Assembly: GCA_038204425.1 (NCBI GenBank)
Contig: JBBRCZ010000004.1
Coordinates: 1 to 64,000, forward strand
Direction of reading: 5' to 3'
Source of the DNA: Spirochaetia bacterium
GTDB lineage: Bacteria > Spirochaetota > Spirochaetia > DSM-27196 > Salinispiraceae
Length of the DNA stretch: 64,000 nucleotides
The translations under genes were made by a program, and so were the position numbers. Under the pieces are notes generated by a model that was not told the origin of the DNA, did no database searches, and saw only the letters and a list, made by a program, of their open reading frames with translations. Shown in pieces: positions 60,610-64,000 of the stretch; the stretch's first letter is position 1; each line of letters begins with the position of its first letter.

Positions 60610-62079
60610 GTGAACTATTTCAACAGTATTCCATGGCGTGCGGCGCTCAAACAATTGGGCGTTTGTCGCTTTATGGACAGAAACGAATTTGCAGACGGTA
60701 TTGCCATTCTCAAGGGCAAAAAAATTGTGATTGTTGGTTGTGGCGCCCAGGGTCTCAACCAGGGTCTTAACTTGCGTGACAGCGGTTTGGACGTTAGCTA
60801 TACGCTGCGCAAGGAAGCAATCGCCGAAAAGCGTCAGAGCTGGAAGAGTGCCACCGAGAATGGTTTTAAGGTTGGCACCTATGACGAACTCATTCCAGGT
60901 GCCGATATTGTGGGCAACTTGACTCCCGATAAGCAACACAGTCCGGTTATTAACGCCGTCATGCCATTGATGAAGAAGGGCGCCACCTTGTGGTACAGCC
61001 ACGGCTTTAACATTGTAGAAGAAGGCATGCAGATTCGCAAAGATATCACCGTAGTAATGATGGCCCCCAAGGGTCCTGGCTCCGAAGTTCGTGTTGAATA
61101 CACACGCGGGTTTGGTATCCCTACCCTGATTGCCGTCCATCCAGAGAACGATCCCGAAAACAAGGGCTGGGCAGTGGCCAAGGCTTTGTCGGTAGGTACC
61201 GGTGGTAGCCGCGCAGGTGTGCTCGAGTCTAGTTTTGTGGCAGAAGTTAAGTCCGACCTCATGGGCGAGCAAACCATTTTGTGTGGCATGTTACAGACTG
61301 GCAGTATCCTGTGTTTTAACAAGCTAATAGAACACGGCATCGACAAAAACTGGGCAGCCAAGTTTATCCAGTTTGGCTGGGAAACCATTACCGAAGCGCT
61401 TAAGTTTGGTGGCATAACCGGCATGATGGACCGCCTCTCCAACCCTGCTAAGCTCAAGGCCTTTGAACTAGCAAGCGAACTCAAGTCTATTATGGCACCC
61501 TTGTACCAAAAGCACCAAGATGACATCATTTCTGGTGAGTTTAGCCAGACTATGATGGCAGACTGGAAGAACGACGACAAGAACCTTTTGACCTGGAGAG
61601 AAGCAAGCGGCAAAACTGCCTTTGAACAAACAGCACCGTCAGCCGACGTTATTGGTGAACAAGAATACTTTGACAAGGGTATCATCATGGTAGCTATTGT
61701 TAAGGCCGGTGTAGAGCTTGCGTTTGAAACCATGGTAGACGCCGGCATCAAACCCGAGAGCGCCTACTACGAAAGCTTGCACGAGACGCCTTTGATTGCC
61801 AACCTCATCAGCCGCAAGAAACTTTACGAAATGAACAAAGTTATATCTGACACTGCCGAATATGGCTGTTATCTCTTTGACAACGCCTGCCGTCCTCTCT
61901 TGGCAGAATTCTTTAAAAAGATTGATCATGATGTTTTGGGCAAGGGTCTGTTTGGTATTTCCAACGCTGTACCCAACCGCGAGCTGGTAAAGGTAAACGA
62001 AGAAATTCGCAACCATCCTGTCGAAAAAATTGGCAAGATTTTGCGCGCCTATATGACTGCCATGAAAGAAGTCATCTAA
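60610..62079 (+). CDS. ilvC: Ketol-acid reductoisomerase, long (class II) form
   Basis: [58 protein letters not shown] start at 60610 after GGAGG gives 489 aa. Confidence 0.96.
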   Translation: MNYFNSIPWRAALKQLGVCRFMDRNEFADGIAILKGKKIVIVGCGAQGLNQGLNLRDSGLDVSYTLRKEAIAEKRQSWKSATENGFKVGTYDELIPGADIVGNLTPDKQHSPVINAVMPLMKKGATLWYSHGFNIVEEGMQIRKDITVVMMAPKGPGSEVRVEYTRGFGIPTLIAVHPENDPENKGWAVAKALSVGTGGSRAGVLESSFVAEVKSDLMGEQTILCGMLQTGSILCFNKLIEHGIDKNWAAKFIQFGWETITEALKFGGITGMMDRLSNPAKLKAFELASELKSIMAPLYQKHQDDIISGEFSQTMMADWKNDDKNLLTWREASGKTAFEQTAPSADVIGEQEYFDKGIIMVAIVKAGVELAFETMVDAGIKPESAYYESLHETPLIANLISRKKLYEMNKVISDTAEYGCYLFDNACRPLLAEFFKKIDHDVLGKGLFGISNAVPNRELVKVNEEIRNHPVEKIGKILRAYMTAMKEVI

Positions 62080-62084
62080 AACTC

Positions 62085-63068
62085 ATGTTTGACACACTTT
62101 TTTTGACCGCGTCGTGGCTTGCCATACCGGTCATGTTAGTGGGCTTTTTGCCCCTGATCTTTGGTGCCAATTGGTTGGTTGATAGCGGCTCTGCCTTGGC
62201 CAAGCGACTTAACATACCCACCTTGGCAATTGGACTAACCATAGTTGCCTTTGGCACCAGTATGCCAGAGCTGATAGTCAATTTGTTTGCCGCCTCGAGT
62301 GGCAGCACCGACATAGCCTTGGGCAACATCATTGGCTCCAATGTGTTTAACATCCTGGCTATCCTCGGTGTTTCGGCAGCCATTTATCCAATTGTGATTA
62401 AAAGCAGCACCACTTGGATAGAGATTCCTTTAGTCGTGCTGGCAGCTCTGGTTGTCGCCGTGCTCGCCAATGACCTGTTTTTTGACGGGGCCAGCACCAA
62501 CAGCATTGGTCGCATCGATGGTTTGATACTTTTGGCCTTCTTTGTCATTTTTATTGGCTACACCGTTTCGATGGCCATCAAAGGCAGCAGCGACGACTCA
62601 CTTGAGATTAAGAACTGGGGACTTGGCGTTTCAATTGCTTTTCTGTTCTTGGGACTTGCCGCCATGATTTTGGGTGGCAAAATGATAGTAGAGGGTGCTG
62701 TCCAGACGGCTCGCAGTTTTGGCATGGCAGAGCGCGTGATTGGCCTCACTATTGTCTCAATTGGTACCAGTCTCCCCGAGCTTGCCACCTCGGCGGTTGC
62801 TGCTTTTAAGAAGAACTCTGATATTGCGATCGGCAACATCGTTGGTTCCAACTTATTCAACACCTTCTTTATTTTAGGCGCAACAGCAGTAATTAGGCCT
62901 ATTCCACTCAACCCGGCTTCCAATCTCGACCTCTGGGTCAACATTGGTGCCTCAGTTCTACTTTGCTTATTTGTCTTTTTGCCACGTAGCCGCCGACTGT
63001 CCAAGCCAGAGGGTTGGACATTTATGGCTTGCTACGTTGCTTACGTTGCCGTCTTGTTTATAACTTGA
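62085..63068 (+). CDS. Calcium/sodium antiporter (YrbG-like)
   Basis: Two alpha repeats GTSMPE...GNIIGSN and GTSLPE...GNIVGSN. Confidence 0.93.
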   Translation: MFDTLFLTASWLAIPVMLVGFLPLIFGANWLVDSGSALAKRLNIPTLAIGLTIVAFGTSMPELIVNLFAASSGSTDIALGNIIGSNVFNILAILGVSAAIYPIVIKSSTTWIEIPLVVLAALVVAVLANDLFFDGASTNSIGRIDGLILLAFFVIFIGYTVSMAIKGSSDDSLEIKNWGLGVSIAFLFLGLAAMILGGKMIVEGAVQTARSFGMAERVIGLTIVSIGTSLPELATSAVAAFKKNSDIAIGNIVGSNLFNTFFILGATAVIRPIPLNPASNLDLWVNIGASVLLCLFVFLPRSRRLSKPEGWTFMACYVAYVAVLFIT

Positions 63069-63929
63069 TCTAAGGGAGTCTTCTGCCCAGCAGCTTGGTG
63101 TAGAGTTCTTGTGGGATAAGGAATTACTATACCAGCTTGCTGGTACGCAGCGTGTAGTCGCTTGACCAGTTCGTGGCGCAAATCATGTTGCAGTGGAAAG
63201 TCGCTAATGCGCATGATGAGTCTAAACTTAACGCCTGATTGGCTAAAGTCATAGAATCTCACCAGAGGTTCAAAGTCCTTGACTGCACCTTCTACGCATG
63301 CTGCTGTTTCTCTTGCTACCTTGAGAGTGAGTTCTTCCACGGTTGGCAGGTGGCTTTCATAGGCAACCTGCAAAGCTAGTGCAACTGCCAAACCGCCTAC
63401 TCCAAGGGCAGTTAGCATCGGCGTAATTTCTACTCCAATGGCATTGAGCGCCAAGAGCCCCCCCCAGTGAGACGATAACGGCACGTACCAAGTTAATTAA
63501 TATTGATGTCACAACCGGATGGGCGTGATCAGTGGGGTTGAGTGGCAATTTGGTCATCAATATTTCGGCCAAACGTGCCACAAAGACTACACACTTCGCA
63601 ATCAAACCTATTTTGAGAGCACCTGCTGTAAACTCAAATATACTACCTATCGGTTTGAGCCAGCTTTGGGCAGTTTGGAGTCCAAGCAAGAGAGAGAGTG
63701 GCACTATCAAAAAACGAGTGCTTTTTCGTATCGATTCGCCAAGCAGTGCTGCACGCGGGTTCTGCTGTTTTTTTAGTTTGCGTGTTAGCCGCCCAACAAT
63801 AAAAAAATTTAGCACAAGGCCAATGACAACAAACAGAACAGGCATACAAGCAGCAACAATAAGGTCCTCATGAGAGAAAGTTAATAAATTTGATTGATTG
63901 CCTGCCTGTTCTAATGAAACGTTTATCAT
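63041..63929 (-). pseudogene. MscS-family mechanosensitive channel, frameshifted and internally deleted
   Basis: The N-terminal TM ORF (63929..) shifts frame at a G8 tract (C8 at 63458-63465). TM3 LTALGVGGLAVALALQ is joined directly to the C-terminal VAYES...GIVIPYP with the middle beta domain missing. Confidence 0.85.
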
Positions 63930-64000
63930 AGTTTGACCTCTTCTGCGTTTAATCCTACAATTAAATCAAGCTTATGTCTCACCATGAAAAGTCGGAACCT

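Noticed and set aside
60454..62016. 272-, 290- and 125-aa minus-strand ORFs
   Set aside because: Antisense shadows of ilvC.
1..64000. CRISPR array, tRNA/rRNA, DGR/retron or intact IS
   Set aside because: No regularly spaced repeats, tRNA/rRNA signatures, reverse transcriptase or DDE transposase seen by eye. Rpn proteins are not demonstrated transposases.

Overview
A 64-kb bacterial chromosomal window, most likely from a free-living spirochaete. This is inferred from a Treponema-type troABCDR operon, a spirochaete-style MCP and lipoproteins, and a giant protein ending in a FlgD-Ig domain. The first ~5.4 kb is a decayed accessory island. It holds two Rpn/PD-(D/E)XK nuclease remnants, an orphan amidase-like C-terminal cassette with an overlapping lipoprotein gene (candidate toxin-immunity pair), and a shattered M30-like peptidase gene. 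Mostly housekeeping genes follow: AlkC-like glycosylase, MCP, troABCDR, acyltransferase, mdh, a three-gene envelope cluster, Mpv17/PfkB/AAC(3)-like genes, recCBD, metF, a PP2C-STAS-kinase partner-switching module, sigma54-type amtB-glnK, typA, glgP and a nucleotidyltransferase. The window ends with an ~3885-aa surface protein, a class III cyclase, a methyltransferase, long-form ilvC, a Ca/Na antiporter and a broken mscS. I saw no rRNA, tRNA, CRISPR array or intact mobile element. The best novelty candidates are: (1) a switch-like structured 5' leader on the giant surface protein gene; (2) a ~265-nt multi-helix RNA-like element between amtB and typA; (3) the T9SS-CTD-like C-terminus of the giant protein; (4) the amidase/lipoprotein cassette; (5) an 11-bp tandem repeat at the recB-recD junction whose copy number decides coupling, uncoupling or fusion. 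All family calls come from motif recognition by eye; no database searches or folding programs were run.
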